Assembly (NCBI RefSeq): GCF_004010195.1 | Contig: NC_057728.1 | Span: 54,852,588 to 54,914,587 of the forward strand | Source: Chiloscyllium plagiosum | Taxonomy: Eukaryota | Direction of reading: 5' to 3' | Length of the DNA: 62,000 nucleotides | Shown: positions 22,590 to 36,102 of the stretch, piece by piece | How positions within the stretch are numbered: the stretch's first letter is position 1 | How the letters are laid out: the number at the start of each line of letters is the position of its first letter | Notes under the pieces: model-generated | Told to the model about the DNA's origin: nothing | Databases searched by the model: none | What the model saw: the letters and a program-made list of their open reading frames with translations, nothing else | Made by a program: the position numbers and the translations under genes

Positions 22590-23045
22590 TACTTTTTATT
22601 TGTTTAGGGCATTGCTGGCTAGCCAGCATTTGTTGCTAATCCCTAATTGTCCAGAGGCTGTTGAGAGTCAACCACAATGGAGTCACATGTAGGCCAGACC
22701 AGGTAATGATGTTAGACTCCTTTCCCTAAACACTTTTAGTGATTCAGATGGATTTTTACGACAATCAACAGTTGCTGTTACTCTGCCAGCTTTCCATTTT
22801 AGATATTTTTGAATCAACCTGTTCAGAGATGTTACAGCATACCAATTACGAGAGTGGAATTTGAACCCAACCCTCGTCCAAAGATAGAGACATTACCACT
22901 GCACCATAACTGGCCCCATTCCAGATTTTTACTGAATTCAAATTTCATCATCTGCTTTGGTGTGACTCAAACACATGACTCCAGAAGTTTAGCCTGGATT
23001 TTTGGATTACTGGTCCAGTGACATTACCATTATACTACCACCTCC
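22590..23045 (-). mobile_element. tRNA-derived SINE (family of 43757) with a small tRNA-like insert at ~22810-22915
   Basis: Reverse complement of the 43757-44120 tail and head; the insert resembles 23430-23620 and 12945-13035. Confidence 0.55.
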
Positions 23046-23429
23046 CTGATAAGGTATACTCAATAAAATGTATTCATGAATACAACTGAGAATTGACATT
23101 ACAGGTTTAAAGTAGAGAATGGAGAAATTCCAAACTGGAATAGGTGAATAATAGCAGTCAACTATCTAATTATTTTACAAAGAAAGGAGCAAATTCTAAG
23201 AAACTATTGGCCATACAGGAAAAAGGACAAGTTGCTTTGTATGTTTTAGCTATATATATATTGATTAATCTGAAAATTCTAAAGGGAAATCTAATATCTT
23301 TTTAAGAAATGCATGTAACCTAATGGAATGCAAGAATTGGGGATGATGGGTATATTAATTAAGGGTTAATTGGGTGTGAATTGGTGGTATTTAATATCAG
23401 GAACTAGTAATCTGAACCAGGAAGGGTTT

Positions 23430-23620
23430 TCTTGTGGTGCGGTGGTAGTGTCCCTACTTGAGTACCAGGGGACCCATATTCAAGTCCCACATGCTCCAGA
23501 TGTGTTTACTAAAATCTCTGAACAGATTGATTCAGAAAAAAAAACCAGGAATTCTGGGTTCATGTCCCACCTGCTCCTGAGATGTGTCATAACATCTCTG
23601 AACTGATTGATTATAAAATA
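23430..23620 (+). mobile_element. Short tRNA-like SINE, partly duplicated
   Basis: TGGTGCGGTGGTAGTGTCC...TTCAAGTCCC head; the GTCCCAC.TGCTCC.GA...ATCTCTGAAC segment occurs twice. Confidence 0.5.
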
Positions 23621-24200
23621 TCTAGTCTGCTTCCTGTTTGGCTATAGAATGTACAGATCAAAGAAACTGTCAAATAATCTGAGAGATGAGAGTTGTGTGG
23701 CATATGGTTAACTGAAATAAGACTGTCATTAAAAGCATGGACTTAACACTTTTTAAACAGTTATCTCCTAGTGTACCACAGCCTTAAAACCTTCAATTTA
23801 GTTCCTTGAGAGTAAATTGTAACAATGCTATCGAAAAATACTAATCCACAGATATTACAATGTAGTAGTTTTGACAGGTTTTTAAGTATAATAAACCTTC
23901 ATTTTTACTGGGCCTTATATTGAATTTCAAAAATAGAATCAAAGAAAGAAATCATGCTTATCTTTTTTTCTCTTTTATTTGTTAGTTCAATACCTATCTT
24001 TAAAAAACTGAGCACCGCTACTTAAATGTTTGGGTTCCACTTTATTCTCCAAACTGGTAAACAAAGAGAATGCAAGAATGAGATCAGTTGAGCCATCGTC
24101 TAATATTTTATGCCTTCATTCAGTTTGAATATGCATCTTACTGCACAGTCCTACCTTAACGCAAAACAAGTCACAGTAATGGAAATCTCAGCCAAACTTA

Positions 24201-24942
24201 CTACCAGATGGCTTTGCACCTAGGTGTTTTTGCACGATACACATTCCAAGATATCTCAGGATTCCTTTTAATCACATGTCTTATAGATGAGAAAGGCTTT
24301 TTAAGAGCTGGGTGCAGTCCTGATGGATGATGCCAAGCTGATTGGTAGATGATCCTGAGTCTTTCTGACCCTACTTTGGTTCTTAAAGATGGCACTAAAG
24401 TATTACTGTTAGGCCCAAATGCAGGGACTTTGCAGGTAGGTAATGGTTTGCAGATTGAACTGGGCATGGACCGTTTATTGGTAGATGTTGATAATTTGCT
24501 TTTAATATCTGGGCAACTAGATTTTGGCTGTTCCATCCATAAAATTGGCCTTGGAAGCAAAGCATGTTTAGAAATGTATAAATTTGAACCAGATCTTGAA
24601 TTGGTTAGACATTCCTCTTCTAAATCAGCATTATCTATTATATCCTGTTCTAGTACAACAGGATCATCAGAATATACATCTGCTTGTGACTTTTCTTTTG
24701 AACTGTCAACAGGGTGTGTTGTTTGTGCAGAGTTGGCATTGGCAGTCATCTGTAGGCTGTCAGCTTGGCTGCTAGCTAAAATCTTCGAATTAAAGTGGAT
24801 CTTCAGTCTTTCATAAGGACACTGCGAATCAGATTCTGCCTGATCATATTTCTTTGTTAGAAAACTGGTGGAAATTTTAGGACTATCTATTATCAACTCT
24901 GTCATATCTTTGCAGACCTGTTTCTCTGCATGTTTGAGCAAC
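24201..24942 (-). CDS. ttc41: Large probable last coding exon (~246 aa, Ser/Pro/Lys-rich tail) of the TPR gene
   Basis: tttttttttctcctag acceptor after an 80-bp intron. Phase 2 puts it in frame with ORF 24201..24941, ending at TAG. No repeat-like content. Confidence 0.75.
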
Positions 24943-25022
24943 CTAGGAGAAAAAAAAAGATACTCCTGAGATACAATACTTCTTTCTTTTTTAAATATCG
25001 AAGAAATCCAAACATGTCATAC

Positions 25023-25149
25023 CTTCGCACCTCCATTGTTAAATGATGGTTAGGACCCAGCAGTTCAGTTAATAAGTCAAATGAGTGCCGTAAACGTTCT
25101 GCTGTTTCTTTTCGAGCTTGACAATTGCCATCATTTTTTAATAGTTTAC
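25023..25149 (-). CDS. ttc41: TTC41-like exon (GKLLKNDGNCQARKETAERLRHSFDLLTELLGPNHHLTMEVR)
   Basis: tttctctaaatag acceptor, aag|gtatga donor, 127 bp, phase 1 to 2. LG..H TPR motif. Confidence 0.8.
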
Positions 25150-27748
25150 CTATTTAGAGAAATACAAAATTGCACAATATCAAACAGCAGATTTCCATTG
25201 CATAAGGTTTCTTTTTTCTTTGTATCCTATATAAATCACCATATCTAGAACTCCATGTCTTCATCCAGAAACAATACTTCATTTAAGCTTGTACAGAATT
25301 TGATTTTCGTAGAATCAGCTATTGTTGTAACAAAATTCAGCTCACTTTAGCTGATAGTAGCGTGATGAGTAAATGATGAAAACATTAATGGTTTTGGATA
25401 CTAGAGGGACATTTCAGTGACAAGTCATGTGTTTCATTCAAAATGTGAAACCTATTTCAGCACCTTCACTCTCTTCCAACTCTGACAAAGCTGGTGTTCC
25501 ATCATGTGCTTGTCACAATACTGATACAATTTGGACAATCAATTTCAACTTTCAGCATCTGATTTTAATATCTGAGTCCTTATGGACTACAATGGAGTTA
25601 AAAAGGAAGAAATACGATCTTAAGTGGTCAGTTGTGGTCATCTGATCAGGTTGAACCAAGGTCATGAAACTAATGTCAAATAAACAAAGACAGAATAAGC
25701 CAAAATTAACATTTTATCAAAAGACACTAAAACTCAATCTGGTATGAAGAAACTGCCCTCTCCTATTTTTGGTTTACACATTTCTTAATAAGCTGGGATC
25801 GTCCAGCTTGGAATAAATAAAATAACCATGGGAATGCACATGTGAACTGTATTTCAGGAAAACAACTTTTGGCCTGAAAGTACATGAATTGGTAACAGCA
25901 AGGACTGAAAGGCGCTCTCTTCACTTCCTTCTCAACATCTGAAAAGCCAGCATTAATGATAGAACAACTTAGAAAAACATCCTCTCACCCAGAACTCAAG
26001 GATTCTAACAATTTCTAGATTGCTGAGGATACAAGACATCAGTGAGACAGTGTTGCTCTAAGGTTCAGATATTACAACTCAAAGGGTCTTTCAAAACTCT
26101 TTTAAACTGCATATGCTTTATTTTCCTACTGTACTAGATATTTACTCTTTTAAAAAATTATATTTATATGTGTTTGATAATTTCGTTCGGGGGGGGCATT
26201 AGTAAGTAATAAAATTCCTCTTTCCTTTCACTCACCAGTGCTATATTTTAATTCACAATTGGTTACAGGCTAAAAAGAACTAAAATGTTTTGTGGCAGAC
26301 ATCCAAAGAGGGCCTTAAAAAAACAGGAAACAATTCATCCCTTGCCTGGTCATAAAACATGCTGGTTTTTATGGACACAGTAGTATTTCATGACTATGTT
26401 GTACAAACAATAGGTGCTCGGTAAATCTCTATAGTTCACTGATAAGCTTCAATTTGGATAGTATGAACTGCATTTTTATCTTGTTAGTTTTTTTAATATC
26501 ATACGTTGTATCTTTATGGCTAAGAAAGAAAAACATTTTTAAACAGTCTCTTTATGAAGATTTTATACTTTTTAAAACAAAGTAATAATCATCAGAGAAG
26601 ATTCAATTCATCAGTGTCTCTAAAATCATGAAACAATAATTGTTTCCCTAATTAGACATATGCAGCAATCTTTTAGCACCAGTTTGGCTGTTAATTATCC
26701 ACAAGTAGATAATCTACAGGTAAAACAGCAAAGTTGCAAAAGTAGGATGATAAAATATCCTTCAACTGAATAAGCTTCACAAAACTGTTTAATTCTTTAG
26801 AAAAATGATACAATTATTGCAGAGTACATTAATAATATTTTAATGGATATGTTTGCATTGTAATAAAACTAAAACATCAAAGAATACAGAATCTGAAAAT
26901 GCCAATATCAGTAAAAATATATGTTAAAATTATAATCAAGTCATAAGATTTAGGACCAGAAGCAGGTCATTGACCCCACCTCTATCCTCCTTTGCCAATC
27001 AAGAAGATCTTAGTGGATCTGGTTAGGACCTTAATTTCACTTTCCTGTTTGTTACACATACCTTGACGGCCTTGTAGAACAAAAATCTGACAACCAGTCT
27101 TGAATACATTCAATGATCCTGCTTACACTCATCTTAATTGAATACAATTCCAAAGATGAACAACCATCTCAGAGAAGAATTTCTTCCTTGGCTCTATCTT
27201 GGATGGGAGAATGCGTATTTTTCAATATTTTGACTGAAGTCTCACAAAAGCTGTGATTGCTTATTGCCCAAATGCTAAATAATCTTTTTTTCTTCTTTTC
27301 TCTCTTTTTTTTCTTTTCTGCATCAGGTTTTATTTACAGCCTGCAAAGTTTTATTCTACTTGCAGAAATATTAACATGCTCTTATCAAAACAAGTTTCCA
27401 GTCTATAAAGTCTTACTTTTAAGTTAATTATCATCTGAATTATGTTCTTCATTTATAATTATGCTTTGAAAGTTGCTACACTGCAAATTATCACAACGTA
27501 TATGCAGATTGTGACCATGAGGCAGCTCTCTGTAGAGAGAATTTCTGAAGTATCTCTCTCCCAACTCTGATGCCAGATCGTGTAGGAGTCCATTCTAATT
27601 CATGGGTCATATATAAAGCTGTGAGCAATTTATGAATGCGTAAATAGTAAAATCCAATTACAAAGGGCTGAGACAACAAATTAATAATTTATGAAAACCA
27701 TTTACACAAAGAAATAGGACATATTTATCAAATACATCATTATCTTAC

Positions 27749-27882
27749 CTAGTTTATAGAGAGTAATGGCTCTATGGAGATTGATCTGATCTCTAATTTT
27801 TGAAGATCTGGCCCGCTGCATGTTGTCCTCTTGAATTTTGAGCACTTCTTTGTAAAACCTTTTTGATTGACTCCAGTCTAAG
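27749..27882 (-). CDS. ttc41: TTC41-like exon (SLDWSQSKRFYKEVLKIQEDNMQRARSSKIRDQINLHRAITLYKL)
   Basis: ttcttgatttgtag acceptor, tag|gtaaga donor, 134 bp, phase 2 to 1. Lies within ORF 27702..27965. Confidence 0.8.
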
Positions 27883-28689
27883 CTACAAATCAAGAAAACA
27901 GCACTATGTGAAAGGATATAGAGACAATATACAACCAACAAATAACCTGACCTCATGTACTGCAAATAACAAAATCATGGAAGATTGTGAAAGTTAGCCC
28001 CAAGTTTAATTCCTGATGTGAAACATTCAGTAGTTATATTTTACAGTTTCTCTTGTAGTCATCTGTGCTACCTTCCAAACTGATTTGCTTTTGAAAATAT
28101 TCCCACTATTTATATCATTCAGGAAGAATTTTCAGGTCAAAATTGACTCAAACATTAGGCCCTTAAATTCTATGGGGCTATTATTGGACACCTGTAGTTG
28201 TAGAAAACTAAAATAAACCATATAAATGATTTTCAGATGTTTCCACCATTTCACTGGCAATCCCAATGCTGTTCTACTGAAATTAGATACGGAGATGGGC
28301 AGAACTGCATTGCATTTACAAATCATTCTACACCATCAAATACAACTATCTGATGTTTATATTTTCATATAACATATATTTGTTCATGATTGATCACAGG
28401 GTTTTCATTCATTTTTGAAGTTGATGTTTAAATGCAGCATGAAGGGGTTTGTATCCACTTGGATGGAACATTAAAGCAAGTTTCTTGGTAAACTATTTTT
28501 TACACCATCATTTTATGTTATGCCTCACTGGACTAACATGCTGGAAATCAAGTCTTGCTATTCTTGGAGTTGACACAAAAGTTAAAGCTTTCAGAAGGAA
28601 TGCAGAATTCTCCAATTTACCAGTTTTTCAGTCCAAGGTTGACAAAACACAAGGACAAGGTTTCCACACTTAGAGAGAGAGAAAGTAGA

Positions 28690-29105
28690 GAGAGTAATTT
28701 TATTTGTCATTTCTACCATATACAACCGATACAGTAAAAAATGAGACAGTGTTCCTCCAGGACTGAGGGTGCTACATGGAAAGCACAAACTACACAATCA
28801 CATACGGCATAAAGTGAATAAGTGCAAAGCATACAAGTTATAGTGTAATAGAAGAATGATAAATAGTAGACATTTTTCTAGCAGCAATTCGAAGCTGTGC
28901 AAACAATTTCAGATGGGAGAAAGTCCGATCATACTCTGTTAAGGAGCCTGATGGCTTGGGGGAAGAAACCTTTGCACAGTCTGACTGTGAGAGACCAAAT
29001 GCTCCAGTATGGCAGGAGGGAGAAGAGTTTGAGTGAGAGGTGTGTAGGGTTTTCCGCAATGCTCTTAGCCTTTCGGATGCAGCATGTGGTGTAAATGTCT
29101 GTAAG
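28690..29105 (-). mobile_element. Rex1/Babar LINE 3' end
   Basis: CIRKAKSIAENPTHLSLKLFSLLP...RLCKGFFPQAIRLLN on the minus strand. Confidence 0.65.
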
Positions 29106-29555
29106 GACAACAAATTATGAATAAATAGATTCTAACTAAAGATAAACAACAATGAACTTTCAACATATAAATCTTCTGGTTAAAACTCTAACTCCCTTGT
29201 AAAAATCCTCTTTTTAGACACAGAGGAAAAAAAATACATGAGTGGTATGGGCAGAGGGAAAGACTGTGAAAGCAATTCAAAAGTGCTTGATCATTGTGAC
29301 AGCTGGGGTGGCCTATTTGGCTTGTCAGAATCTTTTGCTCCCTGAATCTCTTTTTCTGTATATTTCCATTTGCTTAAAGGAGGCAAGGGTGACTGGTTCA
29401 CACTTATAAAGTTTCTAGATTACTTTTTAAGAGCCATAGCTTTCAACAACTGTTGAGGAGAGAAATAAACTGGCTCTAATCAGGTTTAATTTTTTTTACT
29501 GAAGAGGAAAGAAACAGCTCCTGCTCTTATGAATACCTGATTGCTTCTGTCATTT

Positions 29556-29891
29556 GGGGTGGTGTAGTGGCTCAGTGGTTAACACTGCTGGCTCACAGCC
29601 CCAGGGACCCACGTTCAATTCCAGCCTCAGGTCTGCAAACAGTTTGCACATTCTCCCTGTGTCTGCATGGGTTTCCTCTAGGTGCTCCAGTTTCCTCCCA
29701 CAGTCCAAAGATGTGCAGATTAGGTACGCTGGCCATGCTAAATTGCCCATAGTGCCCTGTGATGTGCAGGCTGGGTGGATTAGCTATGGGAACGGCAGGA
29801 ATAGGGTAGGTGCGTGGGCTGCTCTTTGGAGCGTCAGTGTGGACTCAATGGACTGAATGGCCTGCTGCCACACTGTAGGGATTCTATGACT
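29556..29891 (+). mobile_element. HE1-type V-SINE (older, longer variant)
   Basis: Head, core and tail recognisable; ends GGGATTCTATGA. Confidence 0.8.
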
Positions 29892-30310
29892 CAAAACATC
29901 CACATTCCCAAACTGTTCAGCTCCTGGGAGTCAATCATATAGTTGTTGACAAACAGAAGGACTTTGTCATCGGTAATTGATCACAAGTCCACAACCCAGT
30001 CAGCTACTAGTTGTACGCTGGAATGTATGTAGAATAAAATGCACCTAGAATTCCATGCTTGCCTTTCATCTAGAAGGTGCAACTGCTAAATCTGATTTGC
30101 TACCTTTCCAACAGCCAGGCTGATACGAGCACTAATCTGTGTCCTCCAATTCCACCTGTACCAATATGGGGACTATTGAACAAATGAGAGTGACTAACAT
30201 ACTTAAGTTATACGTTCATGGCATTGCTGTAAATAAATTAGTACCAAATCATAGTTTAGTCATTAAACATTTCTTAGGGAGGAAGGAATATTATAGATTG
30301 TAACATTTAC

Positions 30311-30460
30311 CTTTTTGAGTACTTAGGATAGCACAGCAAATCTGCCAGGGGTTCCAGTATCTCAGCAACTACAGGATGCAATTTACCATACCATTTTTGC
30401 CTGATATCTAAAGCCTGTTTAAAATAATTTTCAGCTTCAAGCAGTTTACTTAAATGTATT
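30311..30460 (-). CDS. ttc41: TTC41-like exon, TPR (IHLSKLLEAENYFKQALDIRQKWYGKLHPVVAEILEPLADLLCYPKYSK)
   Basis: tttccttttag acceptor, aag|gtaaat donor, 150 bp, phase 2 to 2. Kinesin-light-chain/NPHP3-type TPR motif (AE.YFKQAL.IR...G..HP.VA). Confidence 0.85.
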
Positions 30461-30771
30461 CTAAAAGGAAAGAAATTTAAATTTTAATTATATATCTTAA
30501 AATCTTAATTTTATTTCAAAGCAATGTTAGAACTATACATAATTGACAAAAAGTGAATTATGAACATCACCTAAATGGCATCTTTTACAATCCCTGAATG
30601 TCTCAAGGCACTTTACAAATTAAATATTTTTAAATTGAATTCACTGATGTAATTTAGGAAGTGCAGCAATTTGCATACCATACAGTCCCAAAAACTGCAA
30701 TGTGATACTGATCAGGTAATTTTTTTTTTCTTTTTTGTGGGATAAATATTGGCCAGATCACTTAGGCCAAC

Positions 30772-30980
30772 TGAGCACAGTTGGCTGGATGCCTGGTTTG
30801 ATGCAGTGATGCCAATAACATGGGTTCAAGTCCCACAATGGCTGAGGTAACCATAACAGACTCTCCTTGTCAACCTCACACCTCATCTGAGGTGTTGTGA
30901 TCCCCAAGTTAAACTGCCACCAATCACCTGTCTAATGAGAGCGCAACCACGTGATGGTAAAACCATGGCAACTTTACCTT
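30772..30980 (+). mobile_element. tRNA-derived SINE family (also 37300-37460 and 52960-53175)
   Basis: CAGTTGGCTGGA...TGGGTTCAA.TCCC head; C.CCTGAGG..TGGTG.CCCTCAGGTTAAA core shared with 52960-53175. Confidence 0.6.
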
Positions 30981-31217
30981 GTTATGCACTTATGGAAATA
31001 AGCAACATAAAAACATAGCTAAGTGTGAATATTATGTTAAAAGTTTGTCTGATCATTTGAATAAAACAATTTTGAATTGAGAAAGAGGTGGCTATCATAT
31101 TTGATCAATCTGTTAACTGAGTTCTCTACCCAGAGTTATGAGCAAAACAGAAATAATGAAGTAGAGAAATGCAGCTCATGACAGCATACGAATTGGTGTT
31201 GCTCCTTAATTTCAATA

Positions 31218-31357
31218 ATGTGGAGGTGCCAGTGTTGAACTGGGGTGGATTAAGTTAAAAATCACACAATAACAGGTTATAGTCCAAACGTTTATTTGAA
31301 AACTTGTACTTTCAAATAAACCTGTTGGATATAACCTGGTGTTGTATGATTTTTAAC
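31218..31357. mobile_element. Family-B inverted-repeat mini-element lacking the hammerhead core
   Basis: GTTAAAAATCACACAATAACAGGTTATAGTCCAA... and its inverse; flanked by TAATTTCAAT on both sides. Confidence 0.65.
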
Positions 31358-31424
31358 CTAATTTCAATGACTGAAGTGTTGGGCTGAACAGTTCCCAGGC
31401 TTCTGTCTCCCTCTGCTGGCTGAA

Positions 31425-32285
31425 GGTATGGTAGCTAAATTTGCAGGTGACACAAAAGCATGTTGTGAAAATGACAACATCAGAATGGATCAATATAGAT
31501 AGGTTAAGCAAGTGAGCAAGAATCTGACAGATGGATCAAATGTAAAATTATTCTCTTTGAAAGGAAGAATAAAAATGTAGAGAATTATTTAACTGGAGAA
31601 TGACTGCAAATTTTGAGGTACAGAGAAATCTCGGTATTTTAGTGCATGAGTCACAAAACATTAGAATGCAAGTAGAGAAAGTGATTAAGATAACCAAGGG
31701 AATGCTATCCTTTATTGTGAGAGGAATTGAACACAAAAGTAAGGAAGTGATGTTTCATTTACACAGTGCAGTTTGGTCCCCTTATTTAAGGAATGACCTA
31801 AATGTTTTTGAGGCAGTTCAGAGGAGGTTTACAAGATCGATAACTGGAGTGAGGAAAGATTGAACAGGCTGAACCTGTTTTCACTAGAGCTTAGAAGAGT
31901 GAATTGTGATTTAATTGAAGTTTATAAAATCCTGAATGGTCTCAACAAAGTGGATATGGAAAGAATGTTTCCTTTTTTTGTAGGCCTAGAACTAGGGGTG
32001 CAATTTTAATACTAACATCTGGCCATTTTGGACAGAGATGAAAGGAATTCTTTGCTCTCAGAAAGTTATGTGATTTTGAAACTCTCTGCCTCAAAAAGTG
32101 ATTGACGTACCATCATTGAATATCTTTAAAGTTGAGTAGATAGATTCTCGAGAGGAAAGGGAATCAAAGACCATCAGAGATGGTTGGGAATGTGTAATTC
32201 AGAACAGAAACAGATCAGCCATGTTGAGTGGTGAAACAAGTTTGAAAGACCAAATTGCCTACTTTTGCTCCTAACTAGAATGTTT
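31425..32285 (+). mobile_element. Old CR1 LINE 3' fragment
   Basis: AKFAGDTK; ORF 31600..31863 (VQRNLGILVHES...EAVQRRFTR). Confidence 0.75.
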
Positions 32286-34336
32286 GTAGGTATCTTAGCA
32301 TGACTCCTGAGATCTGTTCACAGTACAAACTGAGTGAGATGGCATGGAGTATGTAAGGAAAAGGGTGGTGAGAGGAACATGGGTCCTTATAAATTGACAC
32401 TAAATTGACAGAGTTTAGAAAGAGTCATAGGATGAGTGTGAGTTCATAGATTGTTTTATGTTGACACCAAGTTACTTTAGTGATTATAAAGATCCATAGT
32501 ATTGAGTGGGAGGGCATGAGTTGGCATCTGTTGGCACTAAGTCAGCTAAGGAGCTGCAAAAAGTCATGGTGATAAATGGGATATGGGTTGGCAGGGTATA
32601 CTAAGTGCCATGGGAATGGGTAGTTTGACATGGATAGGCATGAAATGTGTGAGGAGAAATGTTGGGTGGGTAAGGGTCATGAGGTGACATTGGTTGCATG
32701 GATGAGGTATTAGGAGTATGTGACGATTGCCTCCCATATTTCTACGCTATTGTCTTGGGGTGGTAAGGCTGAATTCCCTCAACCCAATCTATCACAACTG
32801 ATTTTCAGTTTTCAGACTTCCAAGAACTGCTGCCTGCCCAACGACAGCAATAATTCAGCCTTTTGTGGAAATATCTCTCATTTTGGCTTTGAGTGAGAGT
32901 GGCCCATGTACCTGAGGGAGTGAAAATCTGTGCCTCGGTGAGACACTGCAGCAAGGGACAGAGAGGATGCTGCTAAAAGCAGAGGGGAAAAGACTGCTGT
33001 TATGTTACCTCAGTCAAGATGATGGTAGGAAATAGTTCTCTGAAATAGACATAGAACATGTTCTATGTTCTCTGAAGATTCAGAGCTTCTACAGGCTGCC
33101 ATGCTGCTGGAAGTCAGTTTGATGATGCTCAGGAGAGTGAGTGAAGGGGCTTTCAAGAAGGACCTGAAGATGGAAAGACTTCTCATGGTGTAATAGGGTA
33201 AAGTGAGCAAAGTAAAACACGAGGAGAGATTTGGACTTTAACTTCTTAGAACCTGGAGTAGCATGTAATCATGGGACATGGTGTTTTCGTAATATTAATT
33301 AGTTAGTGAGAAAATAACTTTTCATAGTTCGATATATTAGCTACCTACTAATAAATGTTTAGTCATTGGTAATTTTAGTTTGGTTCTTGCAGTAAAAGTC
33401 TTTAATATGTGAAATATTATTGTATGATTCTTTTTGTTGATTGGTGCGAAATTAATATCCCTTTTCAAAAGATATCAGCTTCTATGAGGAACATAAGATA
33501 TAGCTCAACTCATCACAATCTATCAGTCATTTCTAGAACTCAGTACTCAGGTCCAGCATACAGATACTCCACCCCAGCCTCACATACCTGCACAATGATG
33601 CTAGCCTTACACCCACCTCACTGCCTGCAATATTCAGCTTTAGCTATTCAGTTGTGACATGCAAATCACCCAAATCAATGCAATACAATTACTGACATCC
33701 TATCTTCTTTCCTGCAGGACAATGTTTTGCACATTGGAAGCAGTGCCTCTGGGAGACAAGGTCATCTGTAACAGCCAACCCCTATGGAAATGTTTCTCCA
33801 CATCATAGAGTTGGCTACAGCACAGCCCATAACATCTAATGTCACTTAGATCAATAAGGATGATGGTGGTTTCCTACTTCATGCTCCTTTTCGACCCCAA
33901 GTTCCCCTTTATTTGGTATGATTTCAGCTGCCTATCACATCACTGTTCCCTCAACCTAACCTATTACAACTGCTTTTCGGTTTTCAGACTTCCAAGAACT
34001 GGTGCCTGTCCAACTACAGCAATAATAAGAAGAGAAACAGTAACATCACTCCATTGAACGAGAAGTACGATCACTTGATTGGACACTGACAACCACTGCT
34101 TCAGATACTGGCACTAAGTTGCATCTAACACAAAGGCTAATACAGAGTTGGAAGCAGCACATGGCAAGAAACAGGCTGCAGCTAAGATGGTTCATGTTCC
34201 AGTTCATCCAAGGGGGAGGTGGCAAACAGGTTCTGCTGCAGACAATTCAGGTGAAATAGGGCACCATATTGAAAATATTGAGAATATTGGTAAATCTGTC
34301 ATTTAACTTCCTGTCACTGTTGAGAAGCATGGAAGG

Positions 34337-34550
34337 AGAAAGTGAGGTCTGCAGATGCTGGAGATCAGAGCTGAAAATGTGTTGCTGGAAAAGCGCAGCA
34401 GGTCAGGCAGCATCCAGGGAACAGGAGAATCGACGTTTCGGGCATAAGCCCTTCCTCAGGAATCCTCAGCCCTTTCCTGAGGAAGGGCTTATGCCCGAAA
34501 CGTTGATTCTCCTGTTCCCTGGATGCTGCCTGACCTGCTGCGCTTTTCTA
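34337..34550. mobile_element. Family-A Penelope-derived inverted mini-element with two hammerhead motifs
   Basis: 15-bp TSD GAGAAGCATGGAAGG (34322-34336, 34551-34565); arms inverted around ~34468. Confidence 0.85.
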
Positions 34551-34582
34551 GAGAAGCATGGAAGGTCCAGCTCCAAACTGTG

Positions 34583-35130
34583 ATGTGGAGGTGCTGGTGT
34601 TGGGCTGGGGTGGACAAACTTAAAAATCACACAATACCAGATTATAGTCCAATAGGTTTATTTGGAAGCACTACCTTTCAGAGCACCCCTCCTTCTTCAG
34701 GTGGTTGTGAAGCTGGACCATAAGACACAGAATTTATAGCAAAAGATTACATTGTCATGTAAGTAAAGTGACATAGTTAACACCATACAACAGGGGTGTT
34801 CCCTCCCAATCGGGGAACACTTCAGTGGTCATGAACATTCAGCCTCGGATCTTCAGGTGACCATCTTCCGAGGTGGACTTCAGGACAAGCAACAACACAA
34901 AATGGCTGAGCATTTGCTGATAGCCAAATGGCCTCAACTGGAACCTTGGGTTCATGTCACACTACAGGTCACCCCACTACATTATGCACTCTCTCTCACA
35001 CACACACACAATACACACTCTTACATACTCACCCACTCACGCAGACCCTCTCTCACATACATGCTCTCTCCTACATGCACACATACAGACCCCACACTCA
35101 CACCCACGCATGTACCCTCTCACAGGCTTT
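34583..35130. mobile_element. Family-B Penelope fragment: inverted pseudo-LTR, endonuclease C-terminus and CA-rich tail
   Basis: GEHFSGHEHSASDLQVTIFRGGLQDKQQHKMAE on + (34812-34910); family-B repeat with a minus-strand hammerhead core at ~34665-34705. Confidence 0.6.
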
Positions 35131-35171
35131 GAGACACTTTACAATAGCGAAAGGTTCTTCAAACGTCTTCG

Positions 35172-35580
35172 AGTCATTTAGATGGAAACAAACCCTTTGG
35201 TCTAACTCATCCATGCTGGCCAGATATCATAAATCAATCCAGTTCCATTTGCCAGTACATGGCCCATATTCTTCTAAAGCTTTCCTATTCATGTACCTAT
35301 CCAGATGCCTTTTAAATGTTGTAATTGTACCAGCCTCCACCACTTCCTCTTGCAGGGCTCATTCCATACACACACCATCTTTTTTGTGAAAAAGTTGTCC
35401 CTTAGATCCCTTTTAAAACTTTTTCCTCTCACCCTAAACCTGTATCCTCTAGTTATGGACTCCCCCACCCCAAGGAAAAGACCTTGTCTATTTACCCTAT
35501 GCATGCCCCTTACAATTTTATAACCATCTATAAACCTACGATGCTCCAGGGAAAATAGCCCTAACCTATTCAGCTTCTTG
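35172..35580 (-). mobile_element. CR1 LINE 3' fragment
   Basis: ORF 35289..35609 (LNRLGLFSLEHRR...FKRDLRDNFFT). Confidence 0.85.
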
Positions 35581-35954
35581 GTAATGCAAATTTGTGTCTG
35601 CTTCTTCATGTAATACTAGTGCAGGGCCCCTCTTTCAATTTGTCACTTAATGTGGATAATGTGCACATTCATTGAACATACCCATGTGGTCCAAGTTTTG
35701 TAAATATGCATCACATGATGTATAGGGGTGGGTAATATCATGACAGCATGTACTGAATTGCTTCTGGCACTCAGAAGGGCTGTATGCATCAGTGCCTTCC
35801 TCAAGCTGGTGCAATGTAAGCTGTGTAGTAAGTGCACACTCTAGGTGAGCAAACAGCTTTAGCAGAACCATGCCACTTGTCTGAATTTCATAGCAAGTCT
35901 TTGATGGATGATATGTACGATGGGTGGACAAAAATAAGGTCTAAAGGAACTCAC

Positions 35955-36102
35955 TTTCGGAAACCTTCAAGAATTTTTAAATTTGCTTCTGTGCATGGAT
36001 CACAGGTCTTTTTGGTAATTCTCCTGGCCTTCTGCAGTATATCTGTAATGTCAGTTGAGCCTCCTTGCATAACTAAATTTGCCAATTTAAACAACAAGTG
36101 TG
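35955..36102 (-). CDS. ttc41: TTC41-like exon (AHLLFKLANLVMQGGSTDITDILQKARRITKKTCDPCTEANLKILEGFRK)
   Basis: ttattttacag acceptor, aa|gtgagt donor, 148 bp, phase 1 to 2. Lies within ORF 35951..36139. Confidence 0.8.

Noticed and set aside
24349..24816. 155-aa plus-strand ORF
   Set aside because: It is the antisense shadow of the minus-strand coding exon.
27491..27618. Alternative terminal exon in frame with exon 27749-27882
   Set aside because: The acceptor is mediocre, there is no TPR-like content, and exon 25023-25149 continues the protein convincingly. RNA data would be needed.
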